Positions 13,102 through 25,450 of a stretch of 64,000 bases of DNA are shown one piece after another (within the stretch, counting starts at the first letter, position 1; every line of letters begins with the position of its first letter). Made by a program: the position numbers and the translations under genes. The notes below the pieces were generated by a model that made no database searches, was not told the origin of the DNA, and worked only from the letters and a program-made list of their open reading frames with translations. This stretch comes from Octopus sinensis. Taxonomy: Eukaryota. Where the stretch lies: contig NC_043020.1 in the NCBI RefSeq assembly GCF_006345805.1, positions 22,630,001-22,694,000 on the forward strand, given 5' to 3'.

Positions 13102-15378
13102 TCAAACACATTTGTGTCTCGTTAAAGCAGAACTGTGAGAAAATGATTTACCACAGATCTCACAGTGATAAGGTTTCTCTCCTGTATGAATACGTTTGTG
13201 GCCAGTTAAAGCATTATTTACAGGGAATGATTTGCCACAGATATTACACTGATACGGCTTTTCTCCTGTATGAACACGCTTGTGCTTGGTTAAATCATTC
13301 TTTTGAGAGAAACATTTACCACAGATATCACACTTATAGGGTTTATCTCCTGTATGACTACGTCTGTGAATTGTTAAATGAGCTGTTTGAGCGAATGATT
13401 TATCACATATCTCACAGTGAAATGGTTTCTCGCCTGTATGAATACGACGATGAACAGTTAAATGATATGGCTGAGACAAAGATTTGCCACAGATCTTACA
13501 ATCATATGATTTCTCTCCCGTATGAGTGTTTCTATGTACAGTTAAGAGATATTGTTTTGAGAACGATTTACCACAGATATTACAGTGGTAAGGTTTTTCT
13601 CCTGTATGAACACGTTTATGTGCAGTTAATGTATATCTACTAGCATATGATTTACCACAGATATCGCAGTGATATGGCTTCTCACCACTATGAAGATGCA
13701 TATGTTTTGTTAGAGCTTGACTACGAGAGAAAGATTTCCCACAGATATCACAATGGTATGGTTTCTCTCCTGTATGAGTACGACTATGAACAGTTAATTG
13801 ATAATTTCTTGAGAAAGATTTATCACAGATATTACAGTGATATCCCTTCTCACCAGTATGAAGATGCACATGCTTTGTTAGAGCCTTACTGTAAGAGAAA
13901 GATTTACCACAGATATCACAGTGATATGGCTTATCACCTGTATGAAAACACAGGTGTCTAATTAAGCCAGAATTTCGAGAGAAGGATTTACCACAGACAC
14001 TACAATGGTATGGCCTTTCCCCTGTATGAATACGTTTGTGAGTAGTTAATGCACTTCCAGTAGAGAATGATTTTCCACAGATATTACAGGTATAGGTTTT
14101 CTCTTTTGTGTGAATACGTCTGCTGTGTATCGCTAAGTCACTAGTTCCAGAGAATGATTTATCGCAAATATCAGAGTGACATGGTTTTCCCTCTGTATGA
14201 ATACGTTTGTGAAACTTCAGTGTACTTCCATAGGTGAATGATTTATCACAGATATTACAGCGATATGGTCTTTCCCCTGTATGAGTACGTCTGTGAACTG
14301 TTAACTGACTTGTTTGGCTGAACGTCTTACCACAGATGACACAACGATACGGTTTTTCCCCTGAATGAACACGCTTATGAACAGTTAATGTACTTCCAGA
14401 AGCGAATACTTTACCACAGATATCACAGTCATATCCTTTTCCTCCCGAATGAATACGTTTGTGGACAGTTAAAGCACTTGCATAAGAGAATGATTTACCG
14501 CAGGTATCACATGGATATGCATTTTTCCCTGTATGAATACGTTTGTGAACAGTTAATGTACTTCTACCAGCAAATGATTTACCACAGATATTACAGTGAA
14601 ACGGTCTCTCTTTTGTATGAATGTATCTCTTGTGTATTTTTAATTGGCTTGTCTGGGTGAATGATTTACCACAGATATCACAGCAATAAGGTTTTTCCCC
14701 TGTGTGAATACGTTTGTGGACAGTTAATGTATTCCTACGACGAAATGATTTACCACAGATATCACAATGATATGGTTTGTCGTCTCTATGAATACGTTTG
14801 TGAAGAGTTACTGCACTTCCATTACTGAACGACCTACCGCAAACATCACAGTCATATGGTTTCTCTCCAGTATGAATACGTTTGTGAGAAATTAAATGAA
14901 CCTTTTGAAAGAATGATTTTCCACAGATATCGCAGTGATATGATTTCTCGCCAGTATGAATATTTCTGTGTTTATCTAAGTTACCTCTTTCAGAGAAAGA
15001 TTCCCCACAAATATTACACTGATATGGTTTCTCACCTGTATGCATACGTACATGGCGAGTTAAGCCATTAGCACGAGAGAATGATTTACCACAGATATCA
15101 CAGTGATGTGGTTTTTCACCTGTATGAGTACGTAAGTGATCAACTAAATAACTTTTGTAATAGAATAATCGACCACAGATATTACATTCCTGTGACTTTT
15201 TCCTGGAATGAATGCGTTTGTGAGTAGTTAAAGTACGTTTTTCAGAGAATGATTTACCACAAATATCACATTCATATAATTTCTCTTCTGTATCCATATC
15301 CTTTTGAGTAGCAAGGGTACATTCTAAAGAAAACGGTGATTCTTCTGTCTCCTTTGGTAATTCTTCAGAAAAATCCAT
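13102..15378 (-). CDS. Z2: tandem C2H2 zinc-finger protein, 758 aa, 26 finger units; close paralog of Z1 and Z3
   Basis: Intact ORF; same leader as Z3; last five fingers nearly identical to Z1. Confidence 0.95.
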   Translation of the reverse strand: MDFSEELPKETEESPFSLECTLATQKDMDTEEKLYECDICGKSFSEKRTLTTHKRIHSRKKSQECNICGRLFYYKSYLVDHLRTHTGEKPHHCDICGKSFSRANGLTRHVRMHTGEKPYQCNICGESFSERGNLDKHRNIHTGEKSYHCDICGKSFFQKVHLISHKRIHTGEKPYDCDVCGRSFSNGSAVTLHKRIHRDDKPYHCDICGKSFRRRNTLTVHKRIHTGEKPYCCDICGKSFTQTSQLKIHKRYIHTKERPFHCNICGKSFAGRSTLTVHKRIHTGKNAYPCDTCGKSFSYASALTVHKRIHSGGKGYDCDICGKVFASGSTLTVHKRVHSGEKPYRCVICGKTFSQTSQLTVHRRTHTGERPYRCNICDKSFTYGSTLKFHKRIHTEGKPCHSDICDKSFSGTSDLAIHSRRIHTKEKTYTCNICGKSFSTGSALTTHKRIHTGERPYHCSVCGKSFSRNSGLIRHLCFHTGDKPYHCDICGKSFSYSKALTKHVHLHTGEKGYHCNICDKSFSRNYQLTVHSRTHTGEKPYHCDICGKSFSRSQALTKHMHLHSGEKPYHCDICGKSYASRYTLTAHKRVHTGEKPYHCNICGKSFSKQYLLTVHRNTHTGEKSYDCKICGKSLSQPYHLTVHRRIHTGEKPFHCEICDKSFAQTAHLTIHRRSHTGDKPYKCDICGKCFSQKNDLTKHKRVHTGEKPYQCNICGKSFPVNNALTGHKRIHTGEKPYHCEICGKSFSHSSALTRHKCV

Positions 15379-15406
15379 ACTTCTGTAAGGATATTTTTAC
15401 CGCTTT

Positions 15407-15469
15407 TTATATATTCCTGGATTGATCAAAACATTTATACTGCAATGTTTCCATGGTGGCAAACTCCAT
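15407..15469 (-). other. uORF MEFATMETLQYKCFDQSRNI* in the Z2 5' UTR (second ATG in GCCACCATGG context)
   Basis: Reverse complement reads acaATGgagtttgccaccATGgaaacattgcag..aatataTAA; identical to Z3 19846-19908. Confidence 0.6.
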
Positions 15470-16537
15470 TGTAAATCTGTCCAAATTTTATTAGAATAAA
15501 AAGGAATCTACAAATTCCAGACAATGTAGAAGAGCAATGTCTCACTAGAAATATTTCACTTCTGGATAAAATCTTCCTTTTATCTAGAAGTGATCAATAT
15601 TGATGGTATATCCCTTAAATGCCAATGCCATCCAATATTCTGAAATGAGATAGAAAATAGTATAAGATATTAAAGATATTTAAAGAGTAGACATTCAATA
15701 TTGAAACTTAACAATTTTGTATTGATATACATGGCTGCTGCCATGTTAAAAGCATCCAGTCCACACTGTAATGTGGTTGGTATTTGGAAGGGCATCCAGC
15801 TGTAAAAACCATGCCAAAACTACCCTCACCAGTGCTAGTGTCACATAACAAGCACAGAGCCCACTCTGTGGAGTGATTGAGGTTAGCAAGAGCATCCAGC
15901 CATAAAATCCTTGCTAAAATACCCACTCGCAAAACATTTTCCCCACATATTTCTTTATAATCATAATCTGTGCCATTCGAAAGGTATTTGTATAGATTTT
16001 CATCAAAAGAAATCCATTTTCCTGAAAGTTATGAGGGAAACAAGTCAGATCGTGTGAATTTTCCGAAACTCCGCTCCCCAACCCTTTGGGAAATTCTATC
16101 CAATAAATCTCTATATACTCTGAATCTACAGTAGCTAAGTAGGATTTGTTCAAACATTTGTGAAAAAGTATCAATTTTTCTGGGAGTTACGAGGCAACAA
16201 AGTCGTGAGGGTGGGGTACATATCTGTAGTTATGGCGAAAGTTTTATCATCTATAGAAAAGAATATGGAAATATTTCCCCCCAAATTGTTATTATTTTAA
16301 TAATAAATCTCTGAACGAGGTATAGACAATAACTGCACGACAAATATACTTCACATTATTAATATTTTCAGTTCAGTATAATTCCTGTATTCTTGAAGAA
16401 AACATCTTTTACCAATGCCGTTTATATATTTTGTCCCCATTCATACAATTACCATGATTACCTTATCAGACAAGTGGGACACAATTCTATTATTTAAATG
16501 ATATTACTACAGCATTAAAACAAACATTTATCAACTT

Positions 16538-16731
16538 ACCGTTGGCAGATGTAAACAACGAATGAATGGTGTTCTGCGTTGTCATCGAACTCCGCCAGTA
16601 AATATTCTGATTGCTGGAAACGAGAGAAATGTCCAAGGATTCCTTTCTCGGCGACGCAAAGCTCCAAACAAGCTCAACATTAGAATCTAGAGTGAAGCTG
16701 GCTCAATGTCTACAGCCGCACTTTCGATCTC
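16538..16731 (-). promoter_or_regulatory. Putative non-coding exon 1 of Z2 with donor ACG|GTAAGT
   Basis: Mirror image of 17801-17997. Donor GT at 16539-16538; the shared motif at 16713-16731 abuts the L1 3' end. Confidence 0.6.
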
Positions 16732-16734
16732 AAA

Positions 16735-17622
16735 TAAATCTTTATTATAATCATGCGATCTTACATAGATAGGGACATAACAAGACATACAAATACAAAG
16801 AATGTTATATAAGTTCGAATGAGACTTAAAAATTTAGTTGTAATATGACATGAACGAAAACTTGGCTTACTTTTGCCTTTACAATGAGAACTTTTGTGCG
16901 TTTTTTGTTTTAATAAAAATAGAAAACAACATATGTTAAAACGAAAAAGGGGGAAATGCAGGTTCCAAATTTTGAACCCGGCAGCCTATAAGGCCCAGCA
17001 ACTAATTTTTTCCTTTCTTTTATGATTAAGCTGGGTTACTAACACCCACCTTTCTCATCACATCCTTCCAACGTTTCACATACTCTTTCTGTGACAGGTT
17101 CCTCTTCTCCAACCCCATCTGAAGAAGTTTAACAAACCTGGGCCAGAGACAAGAGACTGTCACAAAACCTTCCATTCTGGTTCTCCACACACACACTTTC
17201 AGTACTGCCATCGTACAGAAAAACAAGCTTCACCTTCCTTTGAGAGTCCAGTTGGCGGTATCATCTTAATCATGGATCCAACCGACAGCTGTACTCGTCC
17301 CAGATGCGACAACCCATGTTCGACGTAACTTATAAAAGCTTGACAGCTCCTTGACAATGTACAAAAGCGTGTTGAACGGTTTCATCGTCCAACCCACATC
17401 TTGGACACGTCGGTGGCACTGACATTCCGTGCCTAAATAACTTATCGCGAACAGCTAATGCATTCCTATAGCACTGCCAAGCCAGGGATTTTTGGTAATT
17501 GTCTAAATACCCCGGCCTGAAGGTTTTCTTAAACAGGTTGGAGAGTTGATTCTCGTCGAACCCCTGAGCCCTTCCTAGAACGTCGTCATTTTTTGCCTCG
17601 ACCAGCTCTCTATAGAACACCG
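16735..17622 (-). mobile_element. 5'-truncated L1/Tx1-clade LINE 3' end (zf-RVT-like Cys motif + 3' UTR)
   Basis: ORF 17330-17620 ..WQCYRNALAVRDKLFRHGMSVPPTCPRCGLDDETVQHAFVHC resembles the L1/Tx1 ORF2 C-terminal zinc knuckle; T-rich 3' UTR ends in aataaagatt. Confidence 0.75.
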
Positions 17623-17997
17623 AGGTTTGCTCAGTGGTTTATCATCGGAATTTGCGTCTGTTAATACCACCACGTCCTATTCATATTTTAGAGATTAAAA
17701 TAATTTATTGAAAGTGTTTGATACTTCTTGAAATATTCAACGTCCCCTTGTGACCTTATGACATATGCAAGGGAACGTTACCGTTGAGTTTGTTCTATTC
17801 GAGATCGAAAGTGCGGCTGAGACACTGAGCCAGCTTCACTCTAGATTCTATTGTTGAGCTTGTTTGGAGCTTTGCGTCGCCGAGAAAGGAATCCTTGGAC
17901 AATTCTCTCGTTTCCAGCAATCAGAATATTTACTGGCGGAGTTCGACGACAACGCAGAACACAATTCATTCGTTGTTTACATCTGCCAACGGTAAGT
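17623..17997 (+). promoter_or_regulatory. Putative promoter / non-coding exon 1 of Z3 with donor ACG|GTAAGT (GT 17992-17993)
   Basis: Consensus donor; homologous to the Z1, Z2 and Z4 upstream regions; motif at 17801-17819. Confidence 0.6.
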
Positions 17998-18212
17998 TGA
18001 TAAATGTTTGTTTTAATGCTGTAGTAATATCATTTAAATAATAGAATTGTGTCCCACTTGTCTGATAAGGTAATCATGGTAATTGTATGAATGGGAACAA
18101 AATATATAAACGGCATTGGTAAAAGATATTTTCTTCAAGAATACAGGAATTATACTGAACTGAAACTAATAACAATTTTGGGGAAAATATTACCATATTC
18201 TTTTCTATAAAT

Positions 18213-18402
18213 TAGTGGTTTTCAACCAGAGTTCCGCCAGTACAGTCCAGGGTTTCCGCAAGAAGTTACAAAACTGCTAAAATCGCCAGTAATTTTTAAT
18301 TCTCCTGTGCAGATATGTGTGCATAAGACTATTAAATTATTCATCGTGCCAGTGTAATGTTTCCTTGGGGTTCCGCCCCAGCAAAAAGTTTGAAAAGCAC
18401 TG
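18213..18402. mobile_element. hAT-type MITE (190 bp) with 8-bp TSD
   Basis: TIRs tagtggttttcaa / ttgaaaagcactg; TSD ctataaat (18205-18212) / ctatagat (18403-18410). Empty site in the Z2 arm at 16249-16256. Confidence 0.8.
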
Positions 18403-19845
18403 CTATAGATGATAAAACTTCCGCCATAACTACAGATATGTACCCCACCCTCACGAATTTGTTGCCTCGTAACTTCCAGAAAAATGGATACTTTTTCACA
18501 AATGTTTGAACAAATCCTACTTAGATACTGTAGATTCAGAGTATATAGAGATTTATTGGATAGAATTTCCCAAAGGGTTGGGGAGCGGAGTTTCGGAAAA
18601 TTCACACGATCTGACTTGTTTCCCTCATAACTTTCAGGAAAATGGATTTCTTTTGATGAAAATCTATACAAATACCTTTCGAATGGCACAGATTATGATT
18701 ATAAAGAAATATGTGGGGAAAATGTTTTTCGAGTGGGTTGGAAGAGGAGTATCGGAAAAATGGAGTTTCGGATGAATATGACCACATAAGTTGGAATTCC
18801 TCCGTTCTGACGGGGGATTTTTTTCAAATTTTAATGTTTTTTTTTCACTAGCATTCGAAATGATCTTTTTTTTTTCACCCCTCTTCCACCCCTTGCCCAC
18901 CTCACCTGCACTATTCTCATACATGCACACACAAACACTGATTGAAGTGTAACAAACTAGTGGCATCACAAGAAGTAGAATAAATAATTAGAACATCCCT
19001 GGTGTGGATAATGGAATGAAAACAATGTACACTTGCAGATTTAATAAAAGGTTCAGTTCCAAATTCTGAGAACATTATTGAATATGAGAAGCAGCTGAAG
19101 AGGTCTTGAAGATACAACTGAAGGCATTAGTCCAGATATAACGTATACTCACTGATTTTTGGGGGTTTTTTTGTGAATAGGTAATGTTACACAATCTGAA
19201 GGTGTAAATATGTAAACTTCACACAACTTTGTTTGATGTAATTTAAATAGCAAATTAAAATGTAAAGTTTGGTGGGTAAGGTAAGTGTTTATTGTTTCAT
19301 CATCATCATTTAATGTCCATCTTACCTGCATGCATGGGTAGGACAGTTGACCAGAGCTGATCTAGTATAAAAACTACCCTAGGTTACTGTGGCTATTTTA
19401 GCAAGGATTTTATGGCTGGATGCTCTTCCTAACCTCAATCACACGACAGAGTGGGCTCTGTGCTTGTTACGTGACACTAGCACTGGTGAGGGTAGTTTTG
19501 GCATGGTTTTTACAGCTGGATGCCCTTCCAAATACCAACCACATTACAGTGTGGACTGGATGCTTTCAACATGGCAGCAGCCATGTATATCAATACAAAA
19601 TTGTTAAGTTTCAATATTGAATGTCTACTCTTTAAATATCTTTAATATCTTATACTATTTTCTATCTCATTTCAGAATATTGGATGGCATTGGCATTTAA
19701 GGGATATACCATCAATATTGATCACTTCTAGATAAAAGGAAGATTTTATCCAGAAGTGAAATATTTCTAGTGAGACATTGCTCTTCTACATTGTCTGGAA
19801 TTTGTAGATTCCTTTTTATTCTAATAAAATTTGGACAGATTTACA

Positions 19846-19908
19846 ATGGAGTTTGCCACCATGGAAACATTGCAGTATAAATGTTTTGATCAATCCAGGA
19901 ATATATAA
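19846..19908 (+). other. uORF MEFATMETLQYKCFDQSRNI* in the Z3 5' UTR
   Basis: ATG at 19846 and an in-frame Kozak-consensus ATG at 19861; stop 28 nt before the main ATG, out of frame with it. Confidence 0.6.
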
Positions 19909-19936
19909 AAAGCGGTAAAAATATCCTTACAGAAGT

Positions 19937-21313
19937 ATGGATTTTTCTGAAGAATTGCCAAAGGAGACAGAAGAATCACCGTTTTCTTTAGAATGTACCC
20001 TTGCTACTCAAAAGGATATGGATACAGAAGAGAAATTATATGAATGTGATATTTGTGGTAAATCATTCTCTGAAAAACATACTTTAACTGCTCACAAACG
20101 CATTCATTCCAGGAAAAAGTCACAGGAATGTAATATCTGTGGTAGATTATTCTATTACAAAAGTTATTTAGTTGATCACTTACGTACTCATACAGGTGAA
20201 AAACCTCATCACTGTGATATCTGTGGTAAATCATTCTCTCGTGCTAATGGTTTAACTCGCCATGTACGTATTCATACAGGTGAGAAACCATATCAGTGTA
20301 ATATTTGTGGGGAATCTTTCTCTGAAAGAGGTAACTTAGCTAAACACAAATACATTCATACAGGAGAGAAATCATATCACTGCGATATCTGTGGAAAATC
20401 ATTCTTTCAAAAAGTTCATTTAATTTCTCACAAACGTATTCATACTGGAGAGAAACCATATGACTGTGATGTTTGCGGTAGGTCATTCACTAATGGAAGT
20501 GCAGTAACTTCTCATAAACGTATTCATGCAAGAGAGAAGCCATATCATTGTAATATTTGTAGTAAATCATTCACTGATAGAAGTAATTTGACTGTTCACA
20601 AACGTATTCATGGAGACGAAAAACCATATCATTGTGATATCTGTGGTAAATCATTTCTTCATAGGAGTAAATTAACTATCCACAAACGTATTCACACAGG
20701 GGAAAAACCGTATTGCTGTGATATCTGTGGTAAATCATTCTCTCGGACAAGCCAGTTAACAATACACAATAGATACATTCATACAAAAGAGAAACCATAT
20801 CATTGTAATATCTGCGGTAAATCTTTTGCTGATGGAAGTGCATTGACTGTTCATAAACGTATTCACACAGGGGAAAAACCATATCACTGTGATATCTGTG
20901 GTAAATCATTCTCTTATGCAAGTGCTTTGACTGTTCACAAACGTACTCATTCGGGAGGAAAACCATACGACTGTGATACCTGTGGTAAATTATTCTCCTC
21001 TGGAAGTACGTTAACTGTTCATAAACGTGTTCATTCAGGGGAAAAGCCACATTGTTGTGTCATCTGTGGTAAGACGTTCAGCCAAACAAGTCAGTTAACG
21101 ATACACACGCGACGCAGTCATACAAGAGAGAAACCATATCGCTGCGATACCTGTGGTAAATCATTCCCTGTTGGAAGTCAATTAACAGTTCACAGACGTA
21201 CTCATACAGGGGAAAGACCATATCACTGTAATATCTGTGGAAAATCCTTCACCTATGGAAGCACATTAAAGTTTCACAAACGTATTCATACAGAGGAAAA
21301 ACCATATCTCTGA
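19937..21313 (+). CDS. Z3: tandem C2H2 zinc-finger protein, 458 aa, 15 intact fingers, truncated by a TGA in finger 16
   Basis: Intact ORF ending KPYL* where paralogs have KPYHC / KPCHS; decayed fingers follow. Confidence 0.88.
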   Translation: MDFSEELPKETEESPFSLECTLATQKDMDTEEKLYECDICGKSFSEKHTLTAHKRIHSRKKSQECNICGRLFYYKSYLVDHLRTHTGEKPHHCDICGKSFSRANGLTRHVRIHTGEKPYQCNICGESFSERGNLAKHKYIHTGEKSYHCDICGKSFFQKVHLISHKRIHTGEKPYDCDVCGRSFTNGSAVTSHKRIHAREKPYHCNICSKSFTDRSNLTVHKRIHGDEKPYHCDICGKSFLHRSKLTIHKRIHTGEKPYCCDICGKSFSRTSQLTIHNRYIHTKEKPYHCNICGKSFADGSALTVHKRIHTGEKPYHCDICGKSFSYASALTVHKRTHSGGKPYDCDTCGKLFSSGSTLTVHKRVHSGEKPHCCVICGKTFSQTSQLTIHTRRSHTREKPYRCDTCGKSFPVGSQLTVHRRTHTGERPYHCNICGKSFTYGSTLKFHKRIHTEEKPYL

Positions 21314-22090
21314 GATATCTGTGTGTATTTCATTCAAAATAAAAACCATATCACTGGTATCTTTGGTAAACCATTCTCTTGAACAAGTTATTTAACAATA
21401 CATAAGAGACGTATTAATACAGAGAGTTTGTATCACTGGGATAACTGTATTAAACCATTCACTGATGCAAGTACATTAACTCCTCACAAATGTATTCATA
21501 CAAAAAAAAACCCATATAACAAAGGATCTGTGGTGTATTTTTCTCTCTGAGTTCTGGCCTAATTAGCCACATATATTTTCATGCAAGAGATAAGCCCTAT
21601 CATTGTAATATTTGTGTTAAATCTATCTTAATGCACTCAGAACAGAAGAGATGCTATATTACTGGTGATATTTGTGGTCCCCAAAGTCTATCTCCTCCTC
21701 ACCGTGGTGGGGACGCTGGCAATGGGTAGTGTCAGAGCTATGTCATTGGGAACTTCGGTTCTTGGTAGGGCCACCCAAGGCAGATTGGTCTGACACCAAG
21801 TGGTATTAGGGCCACAACCCGGAAGACGGGGCTCTGGTGAAAATCCTTGGAGTGTCTGTTTCGGCAACCAGTGGCTCTTCGGTCGTTCTGTCCCTGTGTC
21901 TGCGGACAATCTGCGGCAAACAGGATGTCTCCACATTCGGGATTGTTGGGGACCGCTTGTGAAATCCACATATTCCCACGAAACTTCTTCCATGAGTAGA
22001 AGCCGACTCAACCCGCCCAGGGTGAATGTCGCCACAAGTACAAGATATTTGTGGTAAATCTTTTTGTCAATCATTTCATTTGACTGTTCT
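21314..22090 (+). pseudogene. Decayed continuation of the Z3 finger array
   Basis: Frameshifted finger remnants (aaaccatatcactgg, gatatttgtggtaaatc, cacaaatgtattcatac), interrupted by an insertion at 21679-22043. Confidence 0.75.
21679..22043 (+). mobile_element. Short retroposon with (CAAGTA)n-like end and 12-bp TSD gatatttgtggt
   Basis: TSD at 21667-21678 and 22044-22055, inside a finger remnant; second copy at 26017-26336. Confidence 0.75.
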
Positions 22091-22499
22091 ATCATATTCC
22101 TACAGTCAAGAAGCTTTATGCTGGAAATTATTTCATCAAGTCGAACCAAATTTTGTATTAGTAGTATTTCCAACTACTAACAACAATGTTGTATTCATAT
22201 TAAATAGATTTTCTTGTTGGAAGTGAGGCATATTCTTAGATATATGATGGCAGTGTTGTGACTGGAATGTGTTTGATCATAGGTCTGCTTAATAAGAAAT
22301 GGCCATGGCTTATGTAACAGGGATAAAAGATGTTTCTAAGGAGAGAAGAATGTTATTGTATACTATTCCGAAGCATAGATTAAGTGTCAAATGTTAAATG
22401 TAATAGTTTATGTTGTGATAGTAACTTCAATTCCTGAGTAAGTCAGCATATATAGGTTGTTTTTTTTCGGTGATTTAGATAAGGGTTTTAACTGTTGGC

Positions 22500-23175
22500 C
22501 CTGGGTTCAGTCCTACTGTGTGGCACCTTGGGCAAGTGTCTTCTACTATAAGCTTTGGATCAACCAAAGCCTTGGGAGTGGATTTGGTAGACGGAAACTG
22601 GAAGAAGCCTGACGTATATGTGTGTATATATATATATCATCATCATCATCATCATCATATATATATGTATGTGTGTCTGTGTTTGTCCCCCAAATATCGC
22701 TTGACAAGTGATGCTGTTTTGTCTCAGAGGGGAACTTTCTCTGTGCAGTCCCATGGTCATTCAAGACCAAAGGGGTCTTTACTCTTTACCCTTTTATACC
22801 CATGGCTGTGTAGTAAGTAGCTTGCTTACCAACCACATGGTTCTAGGTTCAGTCACACTGCATGGCACCTTGGGCAAGTGTCTTCTACTATAGCCTCGGG
22901 CTGACCAAAGCCTTGTGAGTGGATTTGGTAGACAGAAACTGAAAGAAGTCCGTCGTATATATGTGTGTGTATATGTTTGTGTGTCTGTGTTTGTCCCCCA
23001 AACATCGCTTGACAACTAATGCTGTTTGTTTATGTCCCTGTAACTTAGCAGTTCAGCAAAAGAGACCGATAGAATAAGTACTAGGCTTACAAAGAATAAG
23101 CTCTGGGGTCGATTTGCTTGACTAAAGGTGGTGCTCCAGCATGGCCGCAGTCAAATGACGGAAACAAGTAAAAGA
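22500..23175 (+). mobile_element. Two SINE family A copies (partial + full)
   Basis: Heads at about 22500 and 22800; tail ..gaaacaagtaaaagag at about 23175. Confidence 0.7.
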
Positions 23176-23239
23176 GTATATGCTTTCCACACACACACAC
23201 ACTCACATATACTGTCTGATTTCACTCACCTCTCATATC

Positions 23240-25030
23240 ATTAAAGTATTTGAGAGGGTAGCGAGATTGCGAATAACTCACTGCCTCGAATCAACAGTCT
23301 GCTGAAGCCCAACCAGGTAAGTTTCCGTGATGGCAAGGACTGCCTGTCACAGCTTCTGCAACATTTTGATGACATCTTAAGTGTTGGGAGTAGGCTCCAA
23401 CACTGACTTCATATACCTTGATTTCAGCAAGGCATTTGACAGAGTGGACCACGAAATCCTGCTGAAGAAATTGTCCAACATTAGAGTCCATAGCTGCTTC
23501 AGTGGCTAAAGTGTTTCCTGACGAACAGAACCCAACATGTGTTTGAGGGAATACGATCCAGTTCAGCCGAAGTCAGTAGTGGTGTCCTACAGGGTACTGT
23601 GTTGGGCCCTCTCTTCTTCATTATCTACATCTATGACGTAGATGTCATCAAACATTCATCATCATCATTGTTTAGCGTCCACTTTCCATGCTAGCGTGAG
23701 TTAGACAGTTCAACTGGGGTCTGGGAAGCCAGAAGGCTGCACCAAGCCCAGTCTGATCTGGCAATGTTTCTACGGCTGGATGCCCTTCCTAACGCCAACC
23801 ACTCCATGAGTGTAGTGGGTGCTTTTTACGTCCCACCGGCACAGGTGCCAGACGAGGCTGGCAAATGGCCACGGTCGGATGGTGCTTTTTACGTGCCACC
23901 GGCACGGAGGCCAAGCGAGGCTGCACACTGAAAATTTTTGCAGATGATTCCAAACTCCAGAAAGCCATAAACTGTATGGGAGACTAACATGCCTTCAGTC
24001 GGATCTGTTTGCTGTTGTCCAATGGGCACAGGGCAACAGTATGCTTCTAAATGAAGTTAAGTTTGATTTGATCCACTTTGGGAAAGAGGATACTCTGAAA
24101 TTACCACACGCTCTTCCCTCGGTTGACTCCCTAGTGTCATCCAACAACACCAGAGACCTTAGAATAATTGTTGATAGTTCTAAGTTGGAGTTTCCGCATA
24201 AACAGCAAGGTTGACTTGGCCCACAAGATGTGCTCCTTGATTCTGAGAACTTTCTAGAGATGCCCACACCATCATCCTTCTCTACTCTGCTTTTGCCCGA
24301 CCCCACCTTGAATACTGTTTTCCTCTGTGGTCTCCCCATACGAAGCAACTCATTATGAAAGTGGAAGCACTCCAGAGGTCAATAACAAGAAAGATAGACG
24401 GCATGAGAGGCATTGACTGTTGGGGTCGACTAAAAAACCCTCAATCTCTACTCTGCAAAACCACTGGGAGTGCTACATCATTTGTGTGATGTGGAAAATA
24501 TTCCATCAATATTGCACAAATGATAATAAAATAAATGCACCTTTTTAGAGCCTAGCGAGGCTCATGGGCCCGGTTTCACTGGTGTATGTGTTCCCCAGCT
24601 GGACAGGATGCCAGTCCATTATAGCGTTACTCATTTTTGTCAGCTGAGTGGACTGGAGCAATGTGAAATGGAAGTGTCTTGCTCAAGAACACAACGCGAA
24701 ACCACAATCTTACGATCATGATGCTGACACCCTAACCACTAAGCCATGTGCCTCCACATTGCACAAATGATGTTGGCACCAATTTAAAATCCATCCAAGA
24801 TTTAGCCCCTGTGCTATCCGACCACTAAGAAAATCGAACTCAGCACATATAACAACTTAACATCACAACTACTTTACCTCAAGCGGTCCAGCTCTCTTTA
24901 ATACCATACCAAAATACATCAAAATGGAAACAGATCCCATAAAATTCTAAAGTTCACTGGACCAAAAAAATCCCTGACAGACCAACCTCTTACACCCAGA
25001 TATGTCTCCAACAATAATAACTCTTTGCTA
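23240..25030 (+). mobile_element. Decayed CR1/Jockey-group LINE RT fragment interrupted by SINEs
   Basis: Reads through frameshifts as IKVFERV..LLQHFDDIL..YLDFSKAFDRVDHEILLKK..GTVLGPLFFII..KIFADDSK; SINEs at 23656-23922 and 24560-24765. Confidence 0.75.
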
Positions 25031-25168
25031 GAGTAGGCCATTGTGTCCCATTTATCACTAAAAGACTTCACCAGGTGGTGCTATTAAGTTAGACAGGGCC
25101 TGGGCCTATAATGGCCAAAACCTATCAAAGCTATATATATATATATACGCATACATACACACACACAT

Positions 25169-25450
25169 ATCATCATTGTCGTTTAGTGTCCGCTTTCCAT
25201 GCTAGCATGGGTTGGACGGTTCAACTGGGGTCTGGGAAGCCAGAAGGCTGCACCAGGCCCAGTCTGATTTGGCAATGCTTCTATGGCTGGATGCCCTTCC
25301 TAACGCCAACCACTCCGAGAGTATAGTGGGTGCTTTTTACGTGCCACCGACACAGGTGCCAGACGAGGCTGGCAAACGGCCATGATTGGATGGTGCTTTT
25401 TACGTGCCACTGGCACGGAGGTCAGTCGGGGCAGTGCTGGCAACGGCCAC
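25169..25450 (-). mobile_element. SINE family B copy
   Basis: Same sequence as the copy at 10671, with internal ggtgctttttacgtgccac repeats. Confidence 0.7.

Noticed and set aside
18506-18775. 89-aa ORF duplicated at 15914-16174
   Set aside because: Conserved only because it lies in the inverted duplication; intronic repeat-like sequence (cggaaaattcac motif also at 50200-50380) with non-ATG starts.
21860-21900. Hammerhead-like ccgaaga..gccgaaac on the minus strand of the (CAAGTA)n retroposon (second copy about 26140-26175)
   Set aside because: Each copy breaks a different core base, stem II mismatches at the second pair, and no NUH with matching stems I and III was found. An HDV-like fold could not be assessed by eye.
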